Position numbers and translations under genes: made by a program. 64,000 bases of DNA from NCBI RefSeq assembly GCF_018350175.1, contig NC_058368.1, positions 164,116,001 to 164,180,000 on the forward strand, read 5' to 3'. Of the stretch, positions 52,141-64,000 are shown piece after piece. This DNA is from Felis catus (taxonomy: Eukaryota). Below the pieces are notes generated by a model. It searched no databases. It was not told the origin of the DNA and saw nothing but the letters and a program-made list of their open reading frames with translations. Each line of letters opens with the position of its first letter. Position 1 is the first letter of the stretch.

Positions 52141-54454
52141 ATCCTTGCTCTACTTTAGCCAAATGTTTGCAAGAATTAGAACAGTTAATAATAGCTAATA
52201 ATCCTTCACTTAAATATCTTTAAATGTATTTCTGTGAAAAAATTAAGAAAATTAAAAATTACGAAAAATGAGCTTTGTTAATTTATTTGCTTGAAATATG
52301 TATTTGCTCTTTCTATGCTGGTAGTCAGGCCCTTACATAGTCTCATCTCTCACACATTTTCAATGGAACTATTTGGTATGAAATGTCTATGGAGTTCTTA
52401 AAGCAAAAATATGTCTTTAAGGAAAGGCTAGTATTATGTTGAAAAAGTTATTTTTTTCTCATGGATTTCTGAGTTTTTCAGGGATCTAGATTTCATTTAA
52501 ATTAGTGGAGCTCCTATCAGACAGTTTGTTCACCTTTCACTTGTGATGCTTGCTGTCGGTCATTCAAGAGACATGCGTGGATCCATTTTGTTCAATGTGG
52601 TCTCCAAAGGACAAGTTTGATATGGAAAGCATTGAAAAACGGTAGCATGTGGTAATTTATGCATTTTTAAAATATACCCTCTGTAGTAATTGGGTTTCAT
52701 CTAAAGACTGCAGGGAGTGTTTCTCCCCTAATTCTGACAATAACAATTATTCTTATATAGTTTAGTTAAGAGGGAAAATAACTCAAGTGCTCATAGCTCC
52801 AAAACTAATGACAACTTTGAAACCTACTTCACAGCTCTGCAACAACTCCATAGGCTATAAAGAGGCTAGGAACATATCCTCCTGCAACAAATACTGAGCT
52901 TTACTGGGTGAAAATGAATTCTTATTATCATTTGTTGGAAAAAGAAGATTCAGATGTGGATCTGAATATGAGGCAGAAAAATGCTAGGCGCCATTATAGA
53001 TAACATACTACTGTGTCAGAGGAAGAAGAGATGTCTTCTACCTGAGATGATTTTGCAAAATATACCTCGGTTAGTGGACAGCCTTCAATAAATATTTAAA
53101 ATATGTGCACCCTAATTATGGGTGGGCTTAACAGAAAAAAATATTGTACATAGTATATGATATTATAATAGATTTCAAAGACTGTAGTTGTCTCTTCAGG
53201 TGCTTTTCAGTGTTTCTGTCTGATTTCATGAAATCTGAGCCTGTTTTTTTAAGTGTATATTAATCAATGAAACTTGGAGGTCCACAAATAAGAACTGGGT
53301 TCTATGTTTATACTTGATGTTAACTAATCATGATAACTTTGATAATGATCTTATGGCTCAGTTATTTTATTTCTAAATGTGGGATACAGTTAGTCCTCAA
53401 TACTTCAGAGACAAAATTGTGACACTCTCTAAGTAAAAGCTAACACGATTATTCACATGGAGAGCAAGTCTGCCAAGGGAGATTGTTCAGGAAATGGGTG
53501 GAAGGGAAATAAGATGATTAAAACAAAGGGATGGAATAGACACAGAGAGAGGTCTTCCCAGAAGAATTAAAGAGGAAAGTGAAAACTTAGAGTTTCTTAG
53601 GGGCAGAGAACAGGTCCCATCTTTCAATGGGCAATTCATCAGGATATCACCAATGAGGGATCTATGAATTCCCATATAGGTATTATGTTTTGGAATTTTG
53701 ATTATGAAGTCAAGAGGATGATCTTGGAGGAATTGTTTTCAATGATCTAAATACCAAACACCATACCATACCAACCATTGCTTTACTCAAAATGACATGA
53801 ATTATTACTTTCAAATCGATACCTGGAAACATGTTTTTAAGCACCAGTGATCAGAAGGACTACTCCTACGTAAGCCAAGAAGGAAATAAAAAATGTTACA
53901 TATGTTCATTAAATAATTTCTAGTCATCCTTCAGTTGTTATAAAGATATTAAAATTTTGAAAGTTGTCTAATTTTTTTTAAATAGTCAGGTTTTGAACAT
54001 GTAGGACTTAACTACCACGTAGAGAGTGAGACTATTCCATTCTAAAAGAAAAGGACCAAGGAGGAAGATAGTTACTTTCTATCTTGAGACAAAGTATTTA
54101 AAACATAAGTAATAGATATTTTAAAGAGAAGATCATCATAACAAAAGTATTGTCAGAGGTACTTGCAGTAGGTACAAATCCATTTCATAAGAAGCAAACA
54201 AGAAACCTTCCTGGTATTGGCTAAAGCCTGATGAGGGGACGGAATATTTTTGTTCTGGTTATTGCCACCTAGCTGTGTAATCATGAGCAAGTCCCTTCCT
54301 CCCTTTGAGTCATCCCTAAGGGGGAGAGGGCAAGAGGATCACTAACTGCAAATATTTGTTTAGAAGGCTTCATATTGAAAGAATGGCCTCCAAAAGGAGG
54401 GAGGTAGGAGGAAAATATAGCAGAAGTACTGCTAAAGTTCGCTGTTACATCTTA

Positions 54455-54950
54455 AAAACAGTTTTGTTAACAAATAATCCATACATTGTACAATTCACCA
54501 ATTTAAATGATATAATTCGATAATTTTAGTATAGTTACAGATTTAGGTGACCATCCCCACATTCAGTTTTAGAACATTTTACAAAAAGAAACACCATACC
54601 TATTAACAATGATCCCCATTTACCAGTAACCTCCATTCAAGGCCATCCCTGGGCCACCACTATTATCTATTGATTTGCTAATTTTGGACATTTCATATAA
54701 ATAGAATCTTATGATAAATGGCCTTTTGTTACCAGCTTCTTTCACCTAGCAAAATATTTTCAATGTTCACCCATTTTTTAAGCATGTATCAGTACATCAT
54801 TCCTTTTTATATCGATATGATGCATTTTGTTTACTCATTCTTCAGTTGTCAGATGTTTGGGTAGTTTCTAGTTTTTTTTTACTATTATGAATAATGCTGC
54901 TGTGTTCATTCTTATCCAACTTTTTATGTGGGAAGATGCTTTTATTTCCA
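54455..54950 (-). mobile_element. L1MB-like 3' end
   Basis: caattcaccaatttaaa...ttttagaacatttt...ttggacatttcatataaatagaatc...tattatgaataatgctgc. Confidence 0.82.
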
Positions 54951-55064
54951 TGGTATCATGGAAATATATATTTTTGTAACAAGTTTTTTTTTATATCTGA
55001 CTAGTTTAAGGTAAATAGATTAAAAACTATGACAAACACAATAAAGGATATAATATACATTTAG

Positions 55065-55285
55065 GTTTGTTTAATGTTTATGTATGAATTTTAAGAGAGA
55101 GAGAGAGAGAGTTCATGAGCAGAGTAGGGGCAGAGGGAGAAAGAGAGAGACAGAGAGAGAGAGAGAATTCCAAGCAGTCTCTGTGCTGACAGCAGTGTGG
55201 GGCTCGATTCCATGAACTGTGAGGTCATGACCTGAGCTGAAATCAAGAGCCAGATGCTTAACTGACTGAGCCACCCAGGCACCTC
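55065..55285 (-). mobile_element. Can-SINE
   Basis: Ends ttaactgactgagccacccaggcacc. Confidence 0.94.
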
Positions 55286-56302
55286 TACCTTAACACCTCT
55301 TAAGTTTGTTAAGAGTAACCTATTTCCTGCATTGTCATTGAGGAACATAATTTCTCCAGATTAAAATTTATAAAGAGAGGAAAGAGTTGTAAATGTAAAA
55401 GTTTTCTGAGCTACTCAAATGAAAGGCGGGATATTAATCCAAGTTTTGGGGTATTTATTATTATGAATTTGGATTGGAAGATGATGTTGACACTGAATTT
55501 TATCATAAAGTAGGAGATAGCTAGTATAATTAAAAAGACTGTTTTGCCAATGAAGTCAGGCTTCTGCTTATGATTTCAGTGTATTTGAGTTTGGTATCCC
55601 TTGATAGTTTATATTGTAGAGGTCATATCGTTGTACATCAGGCATTGTGTTTTTTGGGGGAAATTTGGTCCCCTCATCACCAGGTGGACCTTCAACACAT
55701 GATACGTTCCTTTGGAGCAAATTAACTGGGAGTAGAAAGATATGGGTGTATATTTTCTTGGTACTAAGTAATTAGTGAAAATAGACATGGTGATGAATAT
55801 AAATTTAAAAAATTAGGAAAAATAAACAGCTGTTCTCTATTTAGATGTGGTAAACATATTTATTCCAAAAGGAAAAATAGACACAATATTTATAACTAAG
55901 GAAATATTTAAGAAATGGGTCAATAAATTTCTTATTTTTAAAGTTATCCAAACAAATAACTAAACATTCTAATTCCAATATATATGTTAACATAAAAATC
56001 TAATTTGAATTTAAACTAAATGCTAAGATGCCGGAGAAATCTCTTTAAAAAAGTTTTTTTAACCTTGTTTAGGAAAAAAAAAGTTGGTCTTATCTTTCCA
56101 TCCTTGCAGATGTAGGCTCTGGTCCAAAATAATAATAATCAAACAGAATTCATAAGCACACTGAGAAGGGCTTCCCAGAGAAGTCCTAATAAACCAGTAA
56201 GCACATGTGTAACACTGTCATTAGAATATAAGGCAAAACTCTGAAAGACACTCTGTTGAAGTAAAGTTTCAAATGTCCAAATGTGCTTTTTATGGGGTTA
56301 GA

Positions 56303-56495
56303 TTTTTTTTTTAATGTTTATTTTTGAGAGAGAGGAAGAGAGAGACAGAGGCACAAAGAGGGGAGGGGCAGAAAGAGGGAGGCAGAGAATCTGAAGCAGG
56401 TTCCGGGCTCTGACCTGTCAGCACAGAGCCCCTCCTTCGCTCATGCTCTCTGTCTCTCTCTCAGAATAAATACATCAACATTAACAAAAAAAAAA
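56303..56495. mobile_element. Head-to-head fusion of two Can-SINE 3' halves
   Basis: Antisense 3' half up to gcacagagccc (56431), joined to a sense 3' end gcccctcc...(CT)n...aataaa...A-tail. Confidence 0.88.
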
Positions 56496-56814
56496 CCATT
56501 TAGATAATAATGACTAAGCTTCTTAGCACTTGATTTTGTTTTATATTTTTCAGAAGGAGGGAGCTTGATTGAAGTAAAACAGTAGGGAAAGCATGAAATG
56601 GTATAATTTGATGGACTTAAGAGCATTTATAGAAGATATTAGAATAATGAAAATAATAAACAGAAGTTTGCATTCTGTTTTTTTTTTAGGTAAAGACAAG
56701 CATAAAATCTTACTTCTTTTGCTCTTTAAATTTTCATTTTTCATTTTGATTGCCTGATTGCTTAAGTTTTTATTCTAGTGGTATAAACTACGTTGTTCTG
56801 TTTACATTAGTGCA

Positions 56815-57070
56815 ATGATAATCATAGCTAAAATTTCTACCTAGGTTTTCATACAAGCTGGGAATTGTTCTAGTATTTTCACATACATTATAACAATTGT
56901 TGTCGTCAAAACAAATTATGGGGGAGATAGATTATTTTCATATATGGAAATGAAAGTGCAGAAAAGTTAAGTAATTTGTCCAAGGTCACCATATAATAAT
57001 AAAAAATCCCAGAGATGGGATTTGCATTTAAGCAGTCTGATTTCAGAGTTAAATTGTTAAAAATTACTGC
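56815..57070 (-). mobile_element. MIR
   Basis: ggaaatgaaagtgcagaaaagttaagtaatttgtccaaggtcac...gggatttgcatttaagcagtctgatttcagag. Confidence 0.72.
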
Positions 57071-57695
57071 ATCTGGTTTTTTATATGTTGTATTTTTTAT
57101 ATGTTGAATTTAAGCCATTTCAAAATATTTTTTTGTGATTGGGAATGGGTGATTTGGAAAGTATTTCTAAATATAGACTCATTATTTGCCACATTTGTGC
57201 GCATGTGTATGTGTAATATACTTAGCCCTTCAGAGTATTTTCCCATTAATAAAACAGTGCATTAAAATCAAAATCGTTATTTTACTTGAGACAGAGGAAA
57301 CTTCTAAAGGAAAATGCATTATCAGTCTAGGCCTTGCCAGCACCAGAGTTTAAGGTTTCAGCTTTCTAGTCCTGTTCATCACATGGCACTTCCCTCTAGG
57401 AATTAAATATAACATCCTCTAAATGTGTCAAATCTAAATCAAAACCTGTAGCTATGTTGTTCAAATCCTATAGGAAAATAATAACCTTCATGGAATAGAG
57501 AAAACAAAGATATATCATTTTGTTTTAAAAATAGATATCATGATATTTTAAATATAACATAAAACATAACATCAACATTTTTGAAGGAATAAGACACAAT
57601 AAGTGAAGCTAATTTGCCAAATTCTCCATAGTGCTTCAGGATCAAAGTCTTTCAGATACATTTTTTCATAATAACTCTTCTGAAGAAATAACTTT

Positions 57696-57773
57696 CATTA
57701 CTACAATGTGTACCTAAATTTGTACACAATGTGTACATTACTACAATGTGTACTACAATGTGTACCTAAAATT
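57696..57773. repeat. Complex local duplication of acaatgtgtac
   Basis: Four copies with varying flanks and an internal palindrome. Confidence 0.85.
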
Positions 57774-58116
57774 TACTGTTCTTTTTCTAATATGAATTTG
57801 CTTTTAAATTAATATCAGGCATTTAGTTTTGTTCAGGTGAACTTTATGACTGAAGCCTTACTATCATAAGGTTTTATTATTTTTCTTCACTTGAAACTCA
57901 GATTTATTTTGTTTTCCTTTATTCCACCTCAGGATGCAGTGCCTTCAGTAATGATGAGAACATGGCAAATAGGTAAATGACATCGGTTGTTACTGTGTCT
58001 GTCTCATCATTCAGGTTAATGAGGACCCCTTTAGGTATCCGAGGACTCCTAACTCTAAACTTCGGCAATTTTATACATTTAACAGAATCAGTGTCAAACC
58101 ATGATTCTAGGATGGT

Positions 58117-58149
<33 letters not shown>

Positions 58150-60463
58150 TCCAAGGCATTTTCCTCTCTGTTTATGGAAAAAATGTCTTTGATGTGGTAC
58201 GATAGAGTACTACTGATAGACTACTGGGTGTTGACGCCTTTTAAAAAATCTACTTTAAAACAGAAAGACACCACCTGTGCCAAAGTGACAATGAAGAGAA
58301 AACTGGTTGATTAAGTTACTTGCCAGCATATCTAGTTAGGAACATTTCAAGATGACTTAAAATATGTATACATGTTTGTAATATACGATGAGTGAACATT
58401 TACACTGAGCTGTGAAGCTCCTGGGAGCCGTGGATAGCTTTTCTCAGTTGTTATTTGGGATTTAGTGATGGTGCTCTAGTTAATATTTTTTGGTGGGACT
58501 GGGTTTACCAGTCTCGAGTTTCTCAAGAAATCTTGGTCATGGCATGTTTAATTATGTCACCAGAGATTTCTCGAGCATGCTGAGAGCTTGCAGCCATTTG
58601 CCCTACACTAAAACATTGCAATGAAGGCATATGAGCAAGTTTTGCAAATGCTGTCGGTACCATAGAAGCGGTTTGTGTTTGACTACCCCTCCCATTAGAA
58701 GATTAAAAACAGGATATTTTCATTAAAAATGACTGGAGTATAAACACTTAAGACAAAGGAATAATGACTTAAAATAGTGTTTTGAATAGTCCTAGCAGAG
58801 TGTAACTACTCAAATGCAATTAAGTAGCTACTGTGGTAATTATTTCATCTATATTTTATATTCTCTCTCTCTTTGGAATACTCTGCTCTTTGACACAGCC
58901 GGCAGCTGAGATACAAGAACTTTGTCAAAAGCACTTTGAATATGTTATGACAGTCTTGGTGGCTAGCATCTTTTTCACCTTTTTAGGAGACAGAAATTGT
59001 AAGTTGCCCGTCACAAACACAAGTGAACATTGCTTGCCAAAACTAACAAACTAAATAACAATAAATGAATGAATGAATGAATAAATAAATAAAATATTTA
59101 AATTTGTTTCTAATCTCATATAAGCCAGACTACATGCTATTTAAGGATGGGAAGATCCATAGCTTTGCAGTTCATCTGAATAACAAATATCAATTAGGAA
59201 TACTTCATGAATAATTCATATGAATATTTAAACTATACAATGTTAGGAAGCAAGGTGTCTGTAGAGGTAGTTGGCAGGTGTTTCTGGTATGTATGAAGTT
59301 ACCAAAATTGGGCTGTTGAAACATTATTCTTTTATGACTACATCTTTATTAGAAATGCAGGAAGTACTTACATTGTTATTTGAACAGCTTCCCAACATGT
59401 AAGTTATGTGGCAAAGCTTAGATGTGGTAAAAACATGATGGATTAGAAAGAGGCTTTACATCTTTAAAAAAGAAAGATGTTCAATTGCATTGTCAAAGGA
59501 ACTATACTTATTTGAATTAACGGCTGCTGACTTTTGCCTGGGGTTCTTTCCAGATGTCAACAGAAAGGATAAACATAATCCTCAATTACTCCCCCTGCAT
59601 CTGCCAAGCACTCAGGCCAAGTCCAGGTGAATAGCATAGAGAACCAAGGGGAAAAGAGCCCTGCATCCCCTTCCCTGTTCCTGCGAAGCAGAATTAATGC
59701 CATGCTAATTGAAGTGGTTTCATTTTGTTCAGAGTATTTCTTGAAAATTCAGGCAATAGAAAATGTCAGTTGTTATGTTTTGGGTGAAACTGGATTTTAA
59801 AAATACTTTAAATGGTATTGTTATTGATCTCTTCAAAGTAACAGCTGAGTACAATGCCCTAAGCACCGCCCCCACCTCACACATATACCATAAAATCCCG
59901 ATCTTATCCATTGAGATTTAAGAACACTGTGGTGACAAATCTTCCCTCAAGTGGGCTATGGGGTTCTCAGAAGCATCAGGGTTCCTTGATGACTCTTTTC
60001 AGAGTGCCTTGAGGACGCAAATTTTCAGGAGCAAGAGTATTCTCTTTCTAACAGTGTGGTACCTGATAGCAGTAGGGTAATGTAACATTGATCCAGCATC
60101 CAGCTTTCTCTGGGGTCAATTTCAGTTTGTAAAACGGAGAGGAGTAAGGTCCTTTTTGGCAGGTATCTTAACCACCTGAGAGGACCAAATCTCTGACGGT
60201 TCAATATTACTCTAAATCTGGTAATATTTGTAGATTTTGCAAGAAAATCGCTGTAAAAGCTCCTTTTAGGGAGTGAACGAATAAATTTCTCTGGTTTATT
60301 TTTCTTTTGTACTTCTCAGACTAAAGAATTTTTTCTGTCCTTTTCTCCCTCCCTTCAGTGCTTCCTTTTTAACTTTACTTCCATTTTTGGTCTCAGATGC
60401 TTATTAAAATCAATAGAAACAGCCAAAACATTTGCCTGAGTTAAGATGCTTATTGGTTTTCTT

Positions 60464-60691
60464 TTTTTTTTTTTTTGAATTTTTTTTTCAACGTTTATTT
60501 ATTTGTGGGACAGAGAGAGACAGAGCATGAACGGGGGAGGGGCAGAGAGAGAGGGAGACACAGAATCGGAAACAGGCTCCAGGCTCTGAGCCATCAGCCC
60601 AGAGCCTGACGCGGGGCTCGAACTCCCGGACCGCGAGATCGTGACCTGGCTGAAGTCGGACGCTTAACCGACTGCGCCACCCAGGCGCCCC
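60464..60691 (-). mobile_element. Young SINEC_Fc-type Can-SINE
   Basis: Near-identical to the 13.3 and 24.1 kb copies; TSD tggttttctt. Confidence 0.98.
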
Positions 60692-61177
60692 TGGTTTTCT
60701 TAAATTAGAAGTTCACAGATAGGCTGGCTTCAACTGATAGTTGATCAGAGAGTGCCCCAAGTAGTTTCTTTACATTTGTGTACTTTACCTTCTACAAGGA
60801 CAGCTTCATCTTAACTCAGGATTTCCTCTAAAGACCACCTCTTTTCTGATAGCTTTCATGGGAGATCAGGAAAAACGTTTTCCTAGAAGCTCATATTTTC
60901 TCACAGCCCAAATTAGACTTGACCCAAACTGAAATCAGTGTTTAGCCAAGCAGATGGATTTTCTTTCTGATTTGCTTAAGCCAAATGCCTGCCCCCAAAT
61001 GGAGGAGATATGATTCACTAAAAGGAATCTGCACGCTATACTCAATTTCTAGTCAATCCTCCATTGTCCTGGGTCTTTGAATTTAATCAGACAGCAGTGA
61101 CTCTATTATATATATTATTTTACATAATGTATAATCACCAATTAGACCAGTTCCCTCCCCTTCTTTCTCTCTCTGGA

Positions 61178-61226
61178 TGCATATATACATATGTATGTAT
61201 ATGTGTGTGTGTGTATATATATATAT

Positions 61227-61257
<31 letters not shown>

Positions 61258-61270
61258 TATGTATATATGT
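61178..61270. repeat. Compound (TA)n/(TG)n/(GATA)n microsatellite
   Basis: Direct reading. Confidence 0.93.
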
Positions 61271-61339
61271 AATTAACAGTTTGGGACATTCCTCTTAGCT
61301 CCATTTTTTTTGTGCAGTTTGTTGAGTTTGTGTACGCAA

Positions 61340-61860
61340 CACCTCTACTTGGATGTCTAATAGGCCCTTACAACATAGCATGTCTTAAATCACACTCTCG
61401 ATTTCCATTCCCTGTCCACTGTTTTCACTTCTACTCTTTCCTACCAGTAAAATTTCACCCGGTTGCTGGGCATAAACATTTTGAAGTCATCCTTGAGTGC
61501 TTGCTTTTCCTCCCACTTCAAATTTGTTTGGCTCAATATTCATTATGTCTCCTGTCTTCTCCTCCCTCCACTACTCTTCCTCTCATAAAGCTACCAGCAC
61601 CTCATTTCTATAATAACATTCTACTTAACTTGAGGCTCCAACTCTCCCTTCTTTCTTCTACTCTACTCACTTTAAACAGAGTTATATTTTAAAAGCATTA
61701 GTCAAATTTTGTCAGAAACACTAATGGCCTCCCATCACACTGAGAATAAATTCCAAAAAAGATCCTTCATAATCTGGCCCTTTGATAACTTACTGCCTTC
61801 ATTGTTTCCTCACTTGTAATTTCTGTTCCAGTCTTCTATCTTTCTGGCAGTTCCTCAAAA
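61340..61860 (+). mobile_element. L2 fragment
   Basis: ctctacttggatgtctaataggc; ttgaagtcatccttga; aatggcctcccatcacactgagaataaattccaaa; cataatctggccc. Confidence 0.75.
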
Positions 61861-61962
61861 GTAATAAGCTCATTTACTGTGAGTGTTTAACGAAAAGGAT
61901 TGTTACTCATTCTGGGTTCTGCTATTCATTCCTTCTTGCTTGTCTTGTCTTGTCTTTTCTTT

Positions 61963-61964
<2 letters not shown>

Positions 61965-62015
<51 letters not shown>
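61965..62015. repeat. (GT)n microsatellite
   Basis: Perfect run of about 25 units. Confidence 0.97.
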
Positions 62016-62017
<2 letters not shown>

Positions 62018-62734
62018 GGGCTTGCCTTTAGCAGTTTTACTGGTGCATAGGAACCATTAATGAGTAGATGAAAACAAGAAATTATGTATTAAGGAGATTA
62101 CTTGTAATGATTAATTATCTGTTCTTCTGTTAAATATGGATCCTTGTTCTTGTTTTGGTGAAGTAATATTTACAGAGCAGAAATAGAGTCTGCCCAAATC
62201 ATGTGTCTTGAAGTCCTAGAGTTCACAGTCATGCTAATTTATTATTTTTTTTCTGGATATCTGTGTTTTTATGTAAGAAGTAGTGGGCTAATGCATTTTG
62301 GACTTAAGCTATTTTGCCTTTCCTGTTTGCTACGATGTTAAAAATGACTGGAGTCTGTTGGACTTGTCTTGTGCCTTTGAAACAGGAATATATGTGTGGG
62401 AAAGCATCATAAGAAGGCTTTATTATATACCATGTATTTTTTATGTTATAATTTACTAGTACCTTATTGGGTCCTATTTATTAAAATATCAGAAATGATA
62501 ACTGTAGGCAAAGTCCAGATTTGGGGATCCTTTCAACCTGTCATTAGAATAAAAACTTGCATGGACACCATTAAATTACATAGACTCCAAAGTGTGTTTA
62601 AAACATGACATTATTTCTTTAAATCCAGAAAGATTAAATTATTATGTAAACAAATAAATACATTATTTTAAAAAAAGGTTTATGTAATATTTCTCTTCTT
62701 GTTTTGGGACCACTCTTTGGAATGATGACAGATG

Positions 62735-62958
62735 TTTTTTTAATATTTATTTATTTTTGAGAGAGGGAGAAAAAGGGAGGGAGAGACAGAGCATGAGTGG
62801 GGGTGGTGCAGAGAGAGAGGGAGACACAGAATCTGAAGCAGGCTCCAGGCTCCGAGCTGTCAGCATGGAGCTGGATGCAGGGCTTGAATCCATGGACCAC
62901 GAGATCATGACCTAAGCTGAAGCTAGACGTTTAACCGATTGAGCCACCCAGGCAACCC
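62735..62958 (-). mobile_element. Can-SINE
   Basis: Full length; no TSD evident. Confidence 0.95.
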
Positions 62959-63279
62959 TCAAAATTTATTAAAAGACATAAACTATTGTTTTCTGTTTGA
63001 TGAATTTGTATTATTTTTGTTTCTCTTTTAAGAGGTTAGGGTAGTGTGGCTTTGGAAGAATGGAAATAAAATATTTCCGAAGTTCTAAATCCTTCAAGAT
63101 AAAATATGCAAAACTTGTTGAAACTGCTTTTTATATTTATATCCCAATATGTAACACATAGTAGATTCTTAATATTTGTCATATGGCCATTTTGATGGTT
63201 GAGTAATATTTCACTAAATAAATAAGCCACAATTTATTTATCATCTCTCTTGCAATGTAAATTTGGAATTATTTTTTTT

Positions 63280-63810
63280 AAGTTTTGGACAATTATAAAT
63301 AAATCTGCAATGAAAAAGAATATGAATATATATTTCTCATGGACATGTTTTTATTTCTATATTGTAAACATATAGGTATAGAATACCTAAGGTAAGTATG
63401 TGTTTTACCTTCAAATAGATTGATAAGCAATTTTTCAAAGTTGTACCACCTCACACTCACTGACAATGTGTAAGAATTCTAGTTTTTCCATATTCTTGCC
63501 AAAGTGTCTTATCAGTGGTCTTATCAGTCTTTTCAATTTTAGCATAGCTGGTGGCTGTGTATTTATAGGTAGGTGTATCATTGTGATTTGAATTTGCATT
63601 CCCCTCCTGATACTATTGATATTAAGCATTTTTCCATATTGTCTCTGGTTATTTGGTACGCTCTTTTTTAAAATGCCTTTTCAAGTCTTTTGCCCATTTA
63701 AAAAATTGAGTTGTTTTCATTTATATTCCTACACTGATCTAAAGGAATTCTTTATATGCTCATGATACAATTCATTTGTCAGATATCTGAGTTGCATATA
63801 TCTCCTTACA
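63280..63810 (-). mobile_element. Old L1 (L1ME/MC-like) fragment
   Basis: tttttcaaagttgtaccac...atcattgtgatttgaatttgcattccc...ttcaagtcttttgcccattt. Confidence 0.75.
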
Positions 63811-64000
63811 GTCTGCATATGTCTTTATTAGATCAGTTTTAAGTTAGAAAAAGTAATGAAATGTTATCCCTGATTATACCAATTGTTGTCAAGGATATAT
63901 AGCAATAGAAATTCTCCTTTACAGTTAATGGAAGTGTAAATTTCTCCAACCACTTTGGAAATATATTGTTACAGAGGAATAAATTTGACTATTTGCAAAT

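Noticed and set aside
57696..57773. CRISPR-like repeat-spacer array
   Set aside because: Eukaryotic DNA, 11-bp core, no unique spacers and no cas genes.

Overview
AT-rich mammalian DNA from a carnivore, almost certainly a felid: it carries about 23 tRNA-derived Can-SINEs, including three near-identical young SINEC_Fc-type copies, and a young felid-type L1 3' end. I found no intact protein-coding gene, and nearly all six-frame ORFs are by-products of repeats. The only recognisable gene-derived sequence is a 5'-truncated, multiply disabled processed pseudogene of SURF2 (minus strand, ~15971-16575) nested inside an old L1. The first ~36 kb is repeat-dense (L1, L2, MIR, MER58, MaLR/ERVL LTRs, five MER34-like solo LTRs, one young CpG-rich solo LTR). 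The ~36-51 kb segment is largely unique, repeat-poor sequence with a locally CpG-enriched, motif-rich patch near 46.6-47.1 kb. The strongest observations are retrotransposition scars: a twin-primed inverted L1, a head-to-head SINE fusion, and an apparent target-site deletion. More speculative are several well-formed splice-site arrangements, including a 90-nt mini-intron ending in an AG|GTGAGT recursive-type junction, which could belong to an unannotated spliced transcript. Repeat family names come from remembered consensus sequences, not from a search. Boundaries of old repeats are approximate. I cannot demonstrate a new biological system from sequence alone.
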